From Eledone cirrhosa (lineage: Eukaryota), in the NCBI GenBank assembly GCA_964016885.1, contig OZ024742.1, positions 121,272,001 through 121,336,000 of the forward strand: DNA of 64,000 nucleotides, read 5' to 3'. Below are positions 32,306 through 44,630 of this stretch, piece by piece. Under the pieces are notes generated by a model. The model made no database searches. It was not told the DNA's origin and worked only from the letters and a program-made list of their open reading frames with translations. The position numbers and the translations under genes are program-made. Numbering within the stretch: the first letter of the stretch is position 1; every line of letters begins with the position of its first letter.

Positions 32306-35300
32306 CGTGCGTGTGTGTATGTATGTGAGTGAGCGTGTGTTTGTGTTTACATGTAAGATCAACACTAAGCTCGCTTACAACGAAAATAATCCAGTAAGTT
32401 AAGACGTTCTAACAACAACAACAACAGCAGAAGCAGCAGCAACAGCAGCAGCAACAGCAGCAGCAGCAGAAAAAGAAGAAGAAGAAGAAGAGCACGAAAA
32501 GAGCTGCTGTGAAACATAAATACAGTATTTTATATGGGTTCATCTGTTTATAATCAATAGGTAACGTTATCTTATCTCACTCCTAAGCAATGACAGGTAG
32601 AAAACTAAAAAGAAACACCTCCACTCCCCAAATAAACAGCAAAAACAACAGCAAAACACAAAAGCAAAAAAGAAAACCAGACACGCACGCACACAAGAGA
32701 AAAACAAGCACTCACCACCACAAAAAACCGAAAGAAACCGAAATAAATAAGTCATGCTTTACAGACATCTATAACAACCAAAAGTGTAAATGACGTCAAA
32801 GATATTTGTCTTTTAAGAGTAAGTAAATGTTAGAATAGTAGCGGAATTCTTGCAAGTTAGCTATAACTGGTGTAAATATATTTCCCAACTCTTGTAAATA
32901 TAGCATCTCTCTGAATAGCATTATCAAAAATAATTCCTCTTTGTACCAGTCTTCGTCGAGACCTCTGGTCTCCATGGCCCTCACACAGCTAATTGTCTTC
33001 GTAAAATCGGAATGATGGTGGCCCGCCCAAGGAGGGAACCCCATAAGGTGGGGTGGTTGTTGCAGCGGGTATCTCTGGCCATTCTCTACGGTAACGCCTT
33101 TACCATTTTGTCCGCGGACCAGCGCGACTGAGGAACCGCTCTGACTGAGGTGTAGTGTCTGTCTCTTCTTTTCTTTCGTTGCTTGATATAATAATTGTTC
33201 AACATTGTTATTTAAGACTAAACAAATTTTTTTTTAAATGTAGCCTTGTGAGCCTTGTGAGTAAAATAGTAAAATTTAAGAGACGGAAACTGGGAAATTC
33301 TCGTCTGCAAGACGTTCCTGGTTTTAGGTGGTAATCTTAATATGACGTTTGGCTTTACAGCATCACCTTATCTTTGGGGAGAAGCGGAGAGTGGGTGGCA
33401 TGCGAACTAAGTGATGGTGTTAAACGAATATTCCGGTTTAATGATATTATCCCCCCACCCTCCTTCTGCTAGCCATAGAGCGGCCATCAGAAAGACCAGG
33501 AACACTGTATACCTTTACAAAGGGTTCCACAAACTAGAGATGCCAGATTCTAGCATGCATTCATTGTGTAATGTAGAAAATATTGAACAATAACATTGTA
33601 ATAAATACGTTGGGTTCTAATTTAGGCAGAAAGTAATTAAATTTATAGGAAGAGAAAAGTTGATAAAATCAACCTAACTACTTGACTGGCGCTTTATGTT
33701 ATCGATCCCAGAAGGTTGAAAGGAAAAGTTGATATCGACGGGATTTGAACTTAGATCTGGATCGGATACTCCAATGGCATTTTATCCGACGCACTACCAA
33801 CTCAGCCAATCCACAACCATAAATAATTGTTTCTACATTTTGGCACAAGACCAGCACATTTTTTAAGGGGGGGGGGGGGAGGATGTCGATTAAATCGACC
33901 CCAGTGCATTACTGGTGCTTTATTTTATCGATCCCGTATGGATGAAAGGCAAAGCTAACCTCTCGGCATTTGATCTCAGAATGTAAAGGGCCGTAACTCT
34001 ATGTTGCGATGCATGTTGTCCGACGCTCTATCGATACTGCTAAATAATGTATCTATAAAGTAATTAATTTAATCTTAGGCTGGTAAGCAGGTCTGAGTTC
34101 AAATGATTCTGTGGATAGTTATTCCTTTCATTTGACAGAGTGATAAAACCCATACCAGTAATATACTGGTGAAGTTGTAGGAGCGCCATATTGACGTATG
34201 GCGTTTCTTAGGGCATTTTAAAATCTAGCGGAGCCCATCTCCTCTCCAGATCTGAATATAGCAGGTTCTTCTTGAGAGGGATAGAAAATGACAGAAAGGA
34301 AGTGAGACAGAGATATAGAAAAAAAATTGACCTCAGTACTAGACTGGTATTATTTATCAACTTCCAAAGGATGAAAAACAAAGTTGCCTCGGCGGGATTT
34401 GAACACAGGAAACAGAGAGCTGAAACAAATACCACAACGCATTCTATCCGACGTTATAACGACTCTACCAATTGGCCGCCTACCAGTAATACGCCAGGGC
34501 TTTATTAAATCAAATATTTAACCTCCTTTAGAACATTTGGTCTTTTGCACTGTCAAAGTCGATCAGAATATACTAAAATAGTTTAGTTACCAACACAGAA
34601 TGGAATACAAGATGGACTACTTGTTCAGTAGATGGACTACTTGTTCTCACACATTTCTGAGTTCATATCCTACAGTCGACATTGTCTTTAGTTTATATAT
34701 AACCATTAACTGTACTATAGTATAATGCTAGAGTGAACCGATTTAAAGAAACGTTATTTCAATATGGCACATAGCATTACCTAATGTTCCTTTGAAAAAA
34801 GAGTGAAGTGATTTGAAGACACGTTATTGCAATACTGGATGTAGCGTTATCTATTGTTATTTTGCAATTTGATTTGAAGAAATACCGGATATCGTTATCC
34901 AGGATTTGAAGAAAAATAATTTCAAAACCGGGGTCTGACAGGGATGGGGCAGTACACAGATTCTCACCTGATTCTCACTTTTGGCTTCAAGATATTTTTC
35001 ATCCACACCCGATAACTGATTCTGCCGACAGGTCAATTTAAGTTAAGAATTAAACGCTCGGAGAGGAGATGGGCACCACTAAGCATTTCTAAGACCCATT
35101 GAAATGCTATGATGGACATACAGTCAAACGTCTAGAACGGCACACCAACGACTGGCTGCACCAGTTACGGGAATTTCATTGATTGATTGATTAGTATACC
35201 ACGAATGAGTTAATTAGTGTTATGTCAATGGTAGGATTTTCCTTTTGAGTGAGGAGGATTCCAGCCATACGCAGTCTGTAATCAGTTTCCCTAATTATTG

Positions 35301-35424
35301 TCATGGAGGTGAATTAGCAGAAACGTTTGAGCGTCGATTAGACGGCTTAGAGGTATTTATTCAAGCTCTTTGAGTTCTAAGTTCAAATTTTGCCGAGTCT
35401 ACATACATACATACATACATACAT

Positions 35425-38400
35425 AAAAAAAATAAATACAAAATATTAGTGAATAGACGAACTCATCATGGCAAAAAGTACAAGTCTCCTTCGACCAAAT
35501 CGCAATTACAACCGTTGTATACAGTGGAGCTACGAGCTTAACAAAGAATTATATGAAGCATACAAACAATCTGAACCCCAAAAGTTCGGTTTTATGCAAA
35601 GGCTAAAAACTTTATGGAACTCCAAACACCCAGAATTAGACTTTTCTCCAAAGCATCTAAATGAACAGGCAAAACGTATCATTAGATGTAAATTGATACA
35701 TCTAACGGAATTGAGTGATACTACAAATACAGCCCTTGTAGACAACCACCCCACCTCCACTGACAGACAAAGAGAATGGCCAGCTAAATCTAACAGTGAA
35801 CAGCTCACCAACAATTTTGCTGAAATCCATCCCACTTCCACTGAAGAACAGCGAGAAAGGTCAGCTGACTCTAGTAGTAATTGTCACCACATCAACAACG
35901 AGGCTGCAATTCATGACTCTACTGAACAAACAGAGCACCAAAAACTTGTGGGCACCCTACAAGTGATATGGAACGATATGTTTCAAGAGATACACAGCCT
36001 TAATGTGAGCGACAGACCATACAACACTAGAGTCAGTAAAGAACCCACTAAATTGGAATTGGAAGCGGTGAACGAAATAGCTGGCAATTATCTGAAGGCT
36101 ATACGATCTAAAGGTGTAGAAACGACATTTGAAACGCTCAATGTTTTGTTATATGTTTCAGCTGTCACATTGCTATCATATAACACACATCTAAAACCAC
36201 GCAATCAAGATACAAACAGAAAGCCTGAACCAGCGTGGATGCGAAATTTAAAAACCAAAATTTTGTCCCTGAGACGAAGTATCTCACACATCGCAGTCGT
36301 TATGAAATGCAACATAGAGAGCAACTTCATACGACACCAGGAAGACCTAAAGAAAAAGTTAGAGAGACGATTTGGAGATACCAAATTTAAAACTTTGAAC
36401 TCCAAATTACACCAGTTGAAACAACAACTCACAGCTACAACAGAAAGACTAAAATATAAGTCAACAGCACATAAACGACAAGTGCTAAATAGATTGTTTG
36501 CCAGAGATCCTAAATCAGTTTATCGCAGCTTCGGTGGCAAAAGCTCAATCCCTGTAAACGACACCCCTTCAAAAGAACAGGTTGAGAACTACTGGAGATC
36601 TGTATGGGAAACGGATGACGGATTCAACAGACAAGCTAATTGGCTAAAACAACTGGAACAGGACTACTGCCAACATGTCCAGACAAAACAATATGACATA
36701 GATGGGTCAATACTGGAAACAGCTCTACAGAAAATGTCGAATAGGAAATCGCCAGGCCCAGACCTCATTACAGGAAACTGGTTGAAGAATTTCACTTTCT
36801 ATCGGCAAGATCTCATACGGCTGTTTACAGAAACCATTAAGGGCACACAAGAACTGCCCAGATGGTTATCGACTGCCACTACTCTCCTCATTCCCCAAAA
36901 TAGCCAAACCACCCTTGCTAAAAATTACCGCCCAATTGCCTGCCAAAACATCATGTATAAATTATATACTGGGTGCCTTAACCTGTTCTTACAGGATCAC
37001 TGTGCTACCAACAACATCATAACACCTGAGCAAGCTGGTGGAAAGAGGGAGGTGTGGGGTTGCATAGATCACCTACTAACTAACAAAATGATTCAGGAAA
37101 AAACAACAAAGAATCGCAGAAACATGACTGTCGTGTGGCTGGACTATCAAAAAGCATTTGATAGTGTACCTCATGGGTGGATTATTAAGGCTTTACAGTT
37201 AGCTAAAGTCCCACAACCATTAGTAGCTGCTGTTGAACGCCTGACCAAGAACTGGTACACCAATTTGATCCTTAGAGGTGAGAAGGAGCAGGTTAAGACT
37301 GATAGGATACATTACCAGAAGGGCATCTTTCAGGGTGATAGCTTGTCAGTACTACTCTTCGTTCTCTCACTGAATCCACTATCTTACCTACTCAGGAAAC
37401 AAGGTGGACAAAGAAGTGGGCCCAGAAGTATCTCCCATCTTTTCTTTGTTGATGACCTGAAGTTGTATGGGCCAAATATCAATGACATCAAGAAACAATT
37501 GGACCTCATTACACAATTTTCAACCGACATCAAAATGAAATTTGGTGAGTCCAAGTGTGCATATTTGGCAGTAAAACGTGGAAGAGCTGTGCCCTCCTCT
37601 AGAAATCTAGAGATGAACGGCCTGACAATACAACCTCTGCAGTCAGGTGACAACTACAGATATCTTGGACAGGATGAGAATGTCAGATATGATGGACCCA
37701 TAAATAAGGAGAGAACCAGAACTGAATACCTCAGAAGAGTAAACAAAATATGGTCATCAGAACTGTCAGCATACAACAAATACATTGCCCACAATACCTA
37801 TGCTGTGCCAATTCTAACGCCAACATTTGGCCTACTGAACTGGTCATTGCAAGAACTAAGTGAGATGGATGTTAGAACTCGAAAACTTCTCAGTGTTACT
37901 GGGAACTTTAACATCAATGGTGATGTGGATAGGCTATACTTCTCACGCAAGGAAGGTGGCCGGGGTCTAAAATCAATATTAACAACATATGAGACCCGGA
38001 TAGTAACACTGAAGCAACACCTTCAACAGAGGAAAAAGGTTGGCGACCATCTTGCTCAGGTTTATGAGCATGAAAAAAGAAATATCATTAGAATAGCGAC
38101 TGATCTGGAGGAGAGATATGGAATAAAGCCTGATATAAATCTCTCACCCAGAGAAATCGGAAGATCCTATTCAATGTTCAAACAAGAAAAAAAAATTGAC
38201 CAATTTACAGAGAAAGTTGTGCATGGATACTTGAGGCGTAAAACACAGACCATAGAGGGGATAAACCACTCAAAAAGCCTGGCATGGAGTTCCGACAAGT
38301 TTATGACATCACACCTTGAGGGATATCTCTATGCAATACAGGAACAAGAACTCCCTACCAAATATCTGCTGCACAAAAGAGGAGGGCCAGCAGCTGACAA

Positions 38401-39055
38401 TAAATGTAGGCTATGTAAAACAAAGATCGAGGATGTAAGCCACATTGTTGCCAGCTGCGAAAGAATGTCATCTCGCTACTACCTCCCCATGAGACACGAT
38501 GGGATAGCTAGAACTATCTGGAACGCACTTCGGAAAACAAAATTAACAACAAACGAGGAAGAATATATTGAGACAGATGGCACTAAGGAATACTGGTGGA
38601 ACCTGAAAATAAAAACTGCCACCAAATTAAAGCACAACCGGCCTGATATTGTAGTTTGGGACCACACATTGAAAACGTGTTCTGTTGTGGAGATCAGCTG
38701 CCCACTTGATGTAAACGTTGTCAGAAAAATACAGGAGAAGGAGGACATCTACGGACCATTGATGAGGAGTTTACAAATCCAGTATCCAAGATACACCTTT
38801 AGCTTCATACCCATCATTATTGGTGCTACGGGTTATATACCAACCCGCTTGGACCAAAGTATGACCGAACTTGGATTTGCGGACAAAAAGCGCAGCTCCC
38901 TAATTCATAGTCTACAAATGGCTGCGATAGCTGGCACCTTCAAAATTTGCAAAACATTCTTGCGATTCAAGGGATGACAATTTCTTTTCTTTTACAACCT
39001 TGCCACCGGGAAGGTGGCCGGTCAAAAAAATATACTCGAAATTAAGAGAAAGAGA

Positions 39056-39058
<3 letters not shown>
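35425..39058 (+). mobile_element. Full-length R4/Dong-clade non-LTR retrotransposon
   Basis: Single long ORF, ~43-nt leader, 80-nt 3' UTR with hairpin GCCACC-GGGAA-GGTGGC; (TACA)n at 35400-35424 and 39058-39070. Confidence 0.92.
35468..38977 (+). CDS. Intact 1169-aa RT + restriction-like endonuclease protein (R4/Dong clade)
   Basis: N-terminal W..E.N..L..Y..S.P...G...R...LW...HP (Myb-like); KSPGPD; NYRPIAC; WLDYQKAFDSVPH; GIFQGDSLS; FFVDDLKLY; YRYLG; GGRGL; CRLC..HIVASC knuckle; RHD; NRPDIVV..VEISCP..K..Y (PD-(D/E)xK). Confidence 0.96.
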   Translation: MAKSTSLLRPNRNYNRCIQWSYELNKELYEAYKQSEPQKFGFMQRLKTLWNSKHPELDFSPKHLNEQAKRIIRCKLIHLTELSDTTNTALVDNHPTSTDRQREWPAKSNSEQLTNNFAEIHPTSTEEQRERSADSSSNCHHINNEAAIHDSTEQTEHQKLVGTLQVIWNDMFQEIHSLNVSDRPYNTRVSKEPTKLELEAVNEIAGNYLKAIRSKGVETTFETLNVLLYVSAVTLLSYNTHLKPRNQDTNRKPEPAWMRNLKTKILSLRRSISHIAVVMKCNIESNFIRHQEDLKKKLERRFGDTKFKTLNSKLHQLKQQLTATTERLKYKSTAHKRQVLNRLFARDPKSVYRSFGGKSSIPVNDTPSKEQVENYWRSVWETDDGFNRQANWLKQLEQDYCQHVQTKQYDIDGSILETALQKMSNRKSPGPDLITGNWLKNFTFYRQDLIRLFTETIKGTQELPRWLSTATTLLIPQNSQTTLAKNYRPIACQNIMYKLYTGCLNLFLQDHCATNNIITPEQAGGKREVWGCIDHLLTNKMIQEKTTKNRRNMTVVWLDYQKAFDSVPHGWIIKALQLAKVPQPLVAAVERLTKNWYTNLILRGEKEQVKTDRIHYQKGIFQGDSLSVLLFVLSLNPLSYLLRKQGGQRSGPRSISHLFFVDDLKLYGPNINDIKKQLDLITQFSTDIKMKFGESKCAYLAVKRGRAVPSSRNLEMNGLTIQPLQSGDNYRYLGQDENVRYDGPINKERTRTEYLRRVNKIWSSELSAYNKYIAHNTYAVPILTPTFGLLNWSLQELSEMDVRTRKLLSVTGNFNINGDVDRLYFSRKEGGRGLKSILTTYETRIVTLKQHLQQRKKVGDHLAQVYEHEKRNIIRIATDLEERYGIKPDINLSPREIGRSYSMFKQEKKIDQFTEKVVHGYLRRKTQTIEGINHSKSLAWSSDKFMTSHLEGYLYAIQEQELPTKYLLHKRGGPAADNKCRLCKTKIEDVSHIVASCERMSSRYYLPMRHDGIARTIWNALRKTKLTTNEEEYIETDGTKEYWWNLKIKTATKLKHNRPDIVVWDHTLKTCSVVEISCPLDVNVVRKIQEKEDIYGPLMRSLQIQYPRYTFSFIPIIIGATGYIPTRLDQSMTELGFADKKRSSLIHSLQMAAIAGTFKICKTFLRFKG

Positions 39059-39094
<36 letters not shown>

Positions 39095-39429
39095 CAGTGG
39101 TGAACTGGCCAGGTTGCCCAATGGCAAGTGGGTCCCAGGAGGCCCACGGTAGCATTGCAAGAGCACACAGTAGCATTGCAGGGCCCACTGTAGTATTTTA
39201 GGGGCCAATGCTTTGCTTTAAAAAATACCTGAAATCTAAGAGAAAGAATAAAAGTAAATAAAACAATTAAGCAAAGCATTTGGTCAACAATTTCCCCAGG
39301 GAATTACTAGAAACCCAAATATACGATAGCGCAAACACCTGGAATCAGTGATTGTACATTCTACTGAATCTAAAGCTTAGTGTATTCATTCATGCATGCA
39401 AACATGCATATATAGACACAGATACACAA

Positions 39430-39487
<58 letters not shown>

Positions 39488-39566
39488 GAACTACTGACTA
39501 AATAATATTTGGTATCAGTGGGTTAAAGACATCTGTCAAATCAATTAGTGGTGAAGGTGGTGTATC

Positions 39567-39600
<34 letters not shown>

Positions 39601-39851
39601 TATATATAGAGAGAGTGAGTGTGAAAGACCAAAGGCCATTATTGAAAGTCTCTGGATATCGCAAAATACTTAATATTTTTTATTGGAGAAGGTAAGATAT
39701 TTTTCTGCAAAAATTTGATTGCACTGTTTTGTTTCCACTTATGTATTTTTCGAAAATGTTATTTATTCATTATAAAAATTAAATGATAGCATTCTATATG
39801 TAGGTGGGCCCCCTTCATCTGGCAACCAATATTTTTAGACCTAGTCCGCCA

Positions 39852-39854
<3 letters not shown>
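39095..39854. mobile_element. MITE with CAGTGG termini (hAT-like), inserted in (TA)n
   Basis: CAGTGGTGAACTGG ... CTAGTCCGCCACTG; the right end recurs at ~47755-47899. Confidence 0.55.
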
Positions 39855-39891
<37 letters not shown>

Positions 39892-40668
39892 CAATATATT
39901 TAGAAACACACAGATACATGCGGACACACACATATATACATGAATATATCCGCACCCAACTGTGAGTTAAGGGTGCCAACTTCACCGATGTTGCTCAATG
40001 AATGACTGGGACAGACCAATTCAGTTGAACTAGACTGAACCAGTATCAGAGTTAAAAATACATTATGAAGAGAGAAGAAACATTTAGATATAATTAGTAA
40101 TAAAATGTATCATACCTAAACTGCTCCTAAATTCCTCGACTACGTAGTTTCGCGGCATAAATAAAAACAATATATCAAAGATATAGAGTCCTTGCGAGGT
40201 CTGCCGACTTATCAAGAGGATACCTCATTTTACTAGTCTCAAGAACGCGTCTACACGATGTGAGAAAGAATCCCAAAAGGCGGAGGGGGAGATAGTCACG
40301 CGATATAACGGTCGAGAAACAGAGCTAAGCCTCTTATAACCACGAAGAAAATACCACGGAGGCGGAGGGGGTATTCATATCGAGGCCGTAGAAGAGGTGG
40401 TGAAGAAGGCGAGAAGTATGAGTAATGGAAGCTTTCCAGTTGTCCCCACACTTCAAAGATTGCTCGACCAGAGGGAGTTATTAACAATATATTTAGAAAC
40501 ACACAGATACATGCGGACACACACATATATACATGAATGCATCCGCACCCAACTGTGAGTTAAGGGTGCCAACTTCACCGATGTTGCTCAATGAATGACT
40601 GGGACAGACCAATTCAGTTGAACGAAAGAAGAGTGACATGGTTTTCTATACAATAAGGGCTTTATTCA

Positions 40669-40781
40669 CATTGCTAACAATTGTTTCTCTGAACTGGTAG
40701 GTCTAGAGATCGTTACATGCCTGTTTTTGCGTCAATCGATCACCAATACTTTGTTATAACCAGTCAATTCATCAGAGCATG
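40669..40781 (-). ncRNA. Hammerhead ribozyme motif (type I, extended stem II)
   Basis: rc: CATGCT CTGATGA [~81 nt; TTGACTGG/CCAGTTCAG] GAAA C-AATT-G TT AGCAATG, then AATAAA. Confidence 0.68.
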
Positions 40782-41762
40782 CGAGAATGAAGGATATACA
40801 CAGACATGGCTTCTATATATAGTAGTGGCATTAAATCAGAACAATAATAACAATACTAGCAATACTCGAATAAATTAGCTAGAATCAAGAGTGAGGAGGT
40901 TGGTGTCAACACAACCTCCTCACTCTTGATTCTCAACAGATGAACTTAATTCTAAGTACATTATTTGACTACTACCACAGTCCTTGAAATATCACCTTCC
41001 TGCTGTTCTTATAATGAACACCCCAATGTATCCGTAATTGTAGTCATCATGTTCTCTCTATATATACCTTGCTTCCTTAACCTCTGTATTAACTTACCTA
41101 CTATATTGCTGTTATTATTATTGTTGTCTTATCCATGCATGATTTGTTATTGATGCTGTGAAAACTAAACAACCCCATGATTCGAAATAACAATCCCTTC
41201 ATCTAATATAGACCAAATAATTGTTTCTACGTTAGGCACAAGGCCAGCAATTACCCAGTGCATTACTGGTACTTTATTTTATCGACCCCGTAAGGATGAA
41301 AGGCAAAGTTAACTTCGGCGGGATTTGAACTCAGAATGGCAAGGGCCGTAACTCTATACGTCAAATAATGAATCCGCTTTACACCACATAAAAATTACCA
41401 TCCTCACTACAATGAAAATATTTTATCTGTCAGATAATAAGTAATTCTTACGGTCAGCAAACCTACGGTAAAGTAAATGGTCCATTGTTTCAAGCCCCAG
41501 GTTATCTCTACACTATATATAATACACCACATGACAGTTTTTACATGTCAATTTCATACATCTGCTTCGTATCAGTTCGTTTTACATGCTAAAGTCATCA
41601 GTATACTCTATGTCTTACTTAGATTGATATGATTATTTTAACTATTTACGGTCTAGCTAATTTATTGTAGTATTGCTAGTATTGTTAGTATTGTTATTAT
41701 TGTTCTGATTTAATGCCACTACTATATATAGAAGCCATGCCTGTGTATTCCCTTCATTCTCG

Positions 41763-41876
41763 CATGCTCTGATGAATTGACTGGTTATAACAAAGTATTG
41801 GTGATCGATTGACGCAAAAAACAGGTGGGTAGCGATTTCTAGACCTACCAGTTCAGAGAAACAATTGTCAGCAATG
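41763..41876 (+). ncRNA. Hammerhead ribozyme motif (type I, 82-nt stem II domain, GUC site)
   Basis: CATGCT CTGATGA(41769) ... GAAA(41858) C-AATT-G TC AGCAATG; palindromic L3 loop; AATAAA at 41879. Confidence 0.75.
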
Positions 41877-42452
41877 TGAATAAAGCTCTTATTGTATAGC
41901 AGACCATGTCACTCTTATTTCTTGATTTATTATTACTCCACGTGTAAACTAGATAGAAATCACCGCGTACTCGCAGCATAACTACGGAAAAGTCTTGTTG
42001 AGTCAAACTTAGCCAAGCGTTAATACTATCCACTACTCGGAGTACCCTAACTGGACTACATCTAAGTGGACTACCTATAACAATAATTTGTTATCCCGTA
42101 TATATATATATATATATATATATTTATTTATCAATTTTTTTTGAGCTAACTCCAACAATAACAACACTACCAACACAAGAATTGAGGTCAGATGTACCTA
42201 ACAATAACAAGAACAACAACTACAGATTGGCTTGCCTCAGAACGAATTTCTATAGACTTTTGAATGAGGAATGTTCTAACAACTGACCAATGAGAGGAGA
42301 AGAGGCCCTTTGACACTGAAATTCGTTTGTTTGAATTCATATGATTCCAGTTCCTCAGTGAAATAACCCAACCAGGAACTGGGCATATCAGAGTATTGAC
42401 AAAGTTATACACCTCAACAACATATGTACTTGTCTATACCACACTAATTCGG

Positions 42453-42507
42453 ACTGCCTGAAGAGGTCACAGCCAAAGATGGCTGTCACCGAAATATATA
42501 TAGCAGT
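42453..42507 (+). ncRNA. Hammerhead ribozyme motif (PLE type I, canonical core)
   Basis: ACTGC CTGAAGA GGTcACAGCCA-AAGA-TGGCTGTcACC GAAA T-ATAT-A TA GCAGT, followed at once by AATAAA; lies in a pLTR-like segment ~42130-42660 between microsatellites. Confidence 0.82.
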
Positions 42508-42651
42508 AATAAACGAAGCTAAATTTTAAACATTTGACTTATTTATTTTATTTTATTTTACATTACTCCGGAGTAACCAAACCAACCTGCGCACTTCGCC
42601 GAGTGCTCCAATCTGCATACTGAGGTGCTGGTATACAACCAACATATACTC

Positions 42652-42705
<54 letters not shown>

Positions 42706-42808
42706 ATGCCAATCATTGTAAGTTTGAATCTAACTGACATGCAAAAACATATATATAGGAATAAGGTAAGCCAAAATCATAGTAGATTCAAATATCACAG
42801 AGAGATAG

Positions 42809-42855
<47 letters not shown>

Positions 42856-42909
42856 AATGAGCTGGAACAGAAATGAAACATGGATTGCAGGTTAAAATGT
42901 AGTCTAGAT

Positions 42910-43218
42910 CAGTGCTTCTCAAACTATCTGATGTGGCGGACCGGCATTTATTTTTCAATGTGCCACGTACCGCTAATATTTCGTAGTAACATTAATTTAT
43001 ACCGGAAACGATATATATAATGAATATAATAATAGTTGACCATTTTTTTTATCTTCTATTTATTTTGTAAACAAATAATACAATATCAAAACATATAAAA
43101 AAGTAATAAAAAAATTCCTCAAATGATTCCTTAGCATGGCCCGGACACTGGCCGCGTATCGGTAACTGATGGCTAGAGTAAGGCACCGGTCCGCGGACCA
43201 CCACTTTGAGTAGCACTG
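42910..43218. mobile_element. hAT-Charlie (MER5-like) MITE
   Basis: TIRs CAGTGCTTCTCAAA / TTTGAGTAGCACTG; perfect 8-bp TSD GTCTAGAT (NTCTAGAN consensus). Confidence 0.92.
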
Positions 43219-43269
43219 GTCTAGATAGACATGAAACAAAACGAAGATGTCGTTTATGGAACACCCAAA

Positions 43270-43745
43270 TGATTTAGAAAATCGACCTTAAGTAGGAGCA
43301 ATAACATTAAGAAAGACATGAACGACACCACAACACTTTTGGAAATTTTGAAAGTAGGTTTATAAGTATGAATTTTCATATGATTTTCATAGTTGTCTCT
43401 GTGGCCTAGCAGCAGGTACTAGAGACAGTGGAGATCCTGGTCTTGGGTTCAATCCTGTAAACTTTTTCAGCTTTTATTTTACAACCAATAGAAAAAAACC
43501 CCTGAAAAGGTTTACCGGGAACCTTACTCCCGACCAGGATCGAACTTCAGCTCAGGATAACCACCGTCTACGATTCTTCCAACTAAGCCACAGAGACAGC
43601 TGCAAAAGTGTAATTAAAATTGATAATTATAAACCTACTTACAAAATCAAAGTTAAAAAGGTATGGTGTCATGGCTTTCCTAGAGCTATTAATAATATTT
43701 TCCTAGAGCTATTAATAATATTTAGGGTCGACTTGTCAATTTTCT
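43270..43745. mobile_element. Diverged foldback element with tRNA-like A/B boxes in both arms
   Basis: AAGTAGGTTTATAA/TTATAAACCTACTT, TGTCTCTGTGGC/GCCACAGAGACA, GTAAACTTTTTCAG/CTGAAAAGGTTTAC. Confidence 0.55.
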
Positions 43746-43823
43746 GGCCCTTCGGTTACAACCTTATTATTCCTATGTGTGTTTAACTGTTGAATTAATT
43801 TAATTTGATTATTTTAGCAAACA

Positions 43824-43854
<31 letters not shown>

Positions 43855-43858
<4 letters not shown>

Positions 43859-44415
43859 AGTTAATATAAATTAATATATTTGATAAACACAAATACCAAC
43901 ATATCCATGTTTGTATTGTAAATGACTAAGTTAGCTAGATTGAAAAATACTAATTATAATAATACAGTTTGCCTGTCTCGATTTAAAATAATAAATCAAT
44001 AAAAACAAAGTATATTGGCAAATATTGGTGCTTGGACAAATTTAAATTTCAAAATCAAACCTGTTCCGTAGACTGGTTTAAACCTTAAAATCCAAATAAG
44101 TTTCGAAAAATGAAAGTGAAAGAATACCGCATTTCTATCTCCTTAGCAAGCACCAGAAAAATTGGTATGTTTCACTTCAAAATATTTAAAAAGACTGTTT
44201 AACGCACATGGTTTTTCAAATTTAAATTTGTCCAAGCACCACGGCCATTTGCCAATATACTTTGTTTTTATTGATTTATTATTTTAAATCGAGACAGGCA
44301 AACTGTATTATTATAATTAGTATTTTTCAATCTAGCTAACTTAGTCATTTACAATACAAACATGGATATGTTGGTATTTTTGTTTATCAAATATATTAAT
44401 TTATATTAACTTGTA
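43855..44415. repeat. Long inverted repeat (~195-bp near-identical arms, ~170-bp spacer)
   Basis: 43855-44049 is the reverse complement of 44218-44415; starts at (TA)n. Confidence 0.9.
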
Positions 44416-44576
44416 TTACACGGCTCAGAAATACTTCTTTCTTTGAGCTATTTCATTGTAAAGGACTACCCGAGGTTGACTTTGCCTTTCATCCTTACGG
44501 GGTCGATAAAATAAAGTACCAGTAATGCACTGGGTAATTGCTGGCCTTGTGCCAAAAGTAGAAACAATTATTAATA

Positions 44577-44630
<54 letters not shown>

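Larger units (their letters stand above)
39890..42100. mobile_element. Rearranged Penelope-like pseudo-LTR pieces (subfamily A): direct repeat 39890-40030/40484-40623 and inverted pair ~40628-40865/~41690-41916
   Basis: Repeats are directly visible; 41915-42100 is homologous to the pLTR end at 46590-46765; bounded by (TA)n. Confidence 0.7.
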
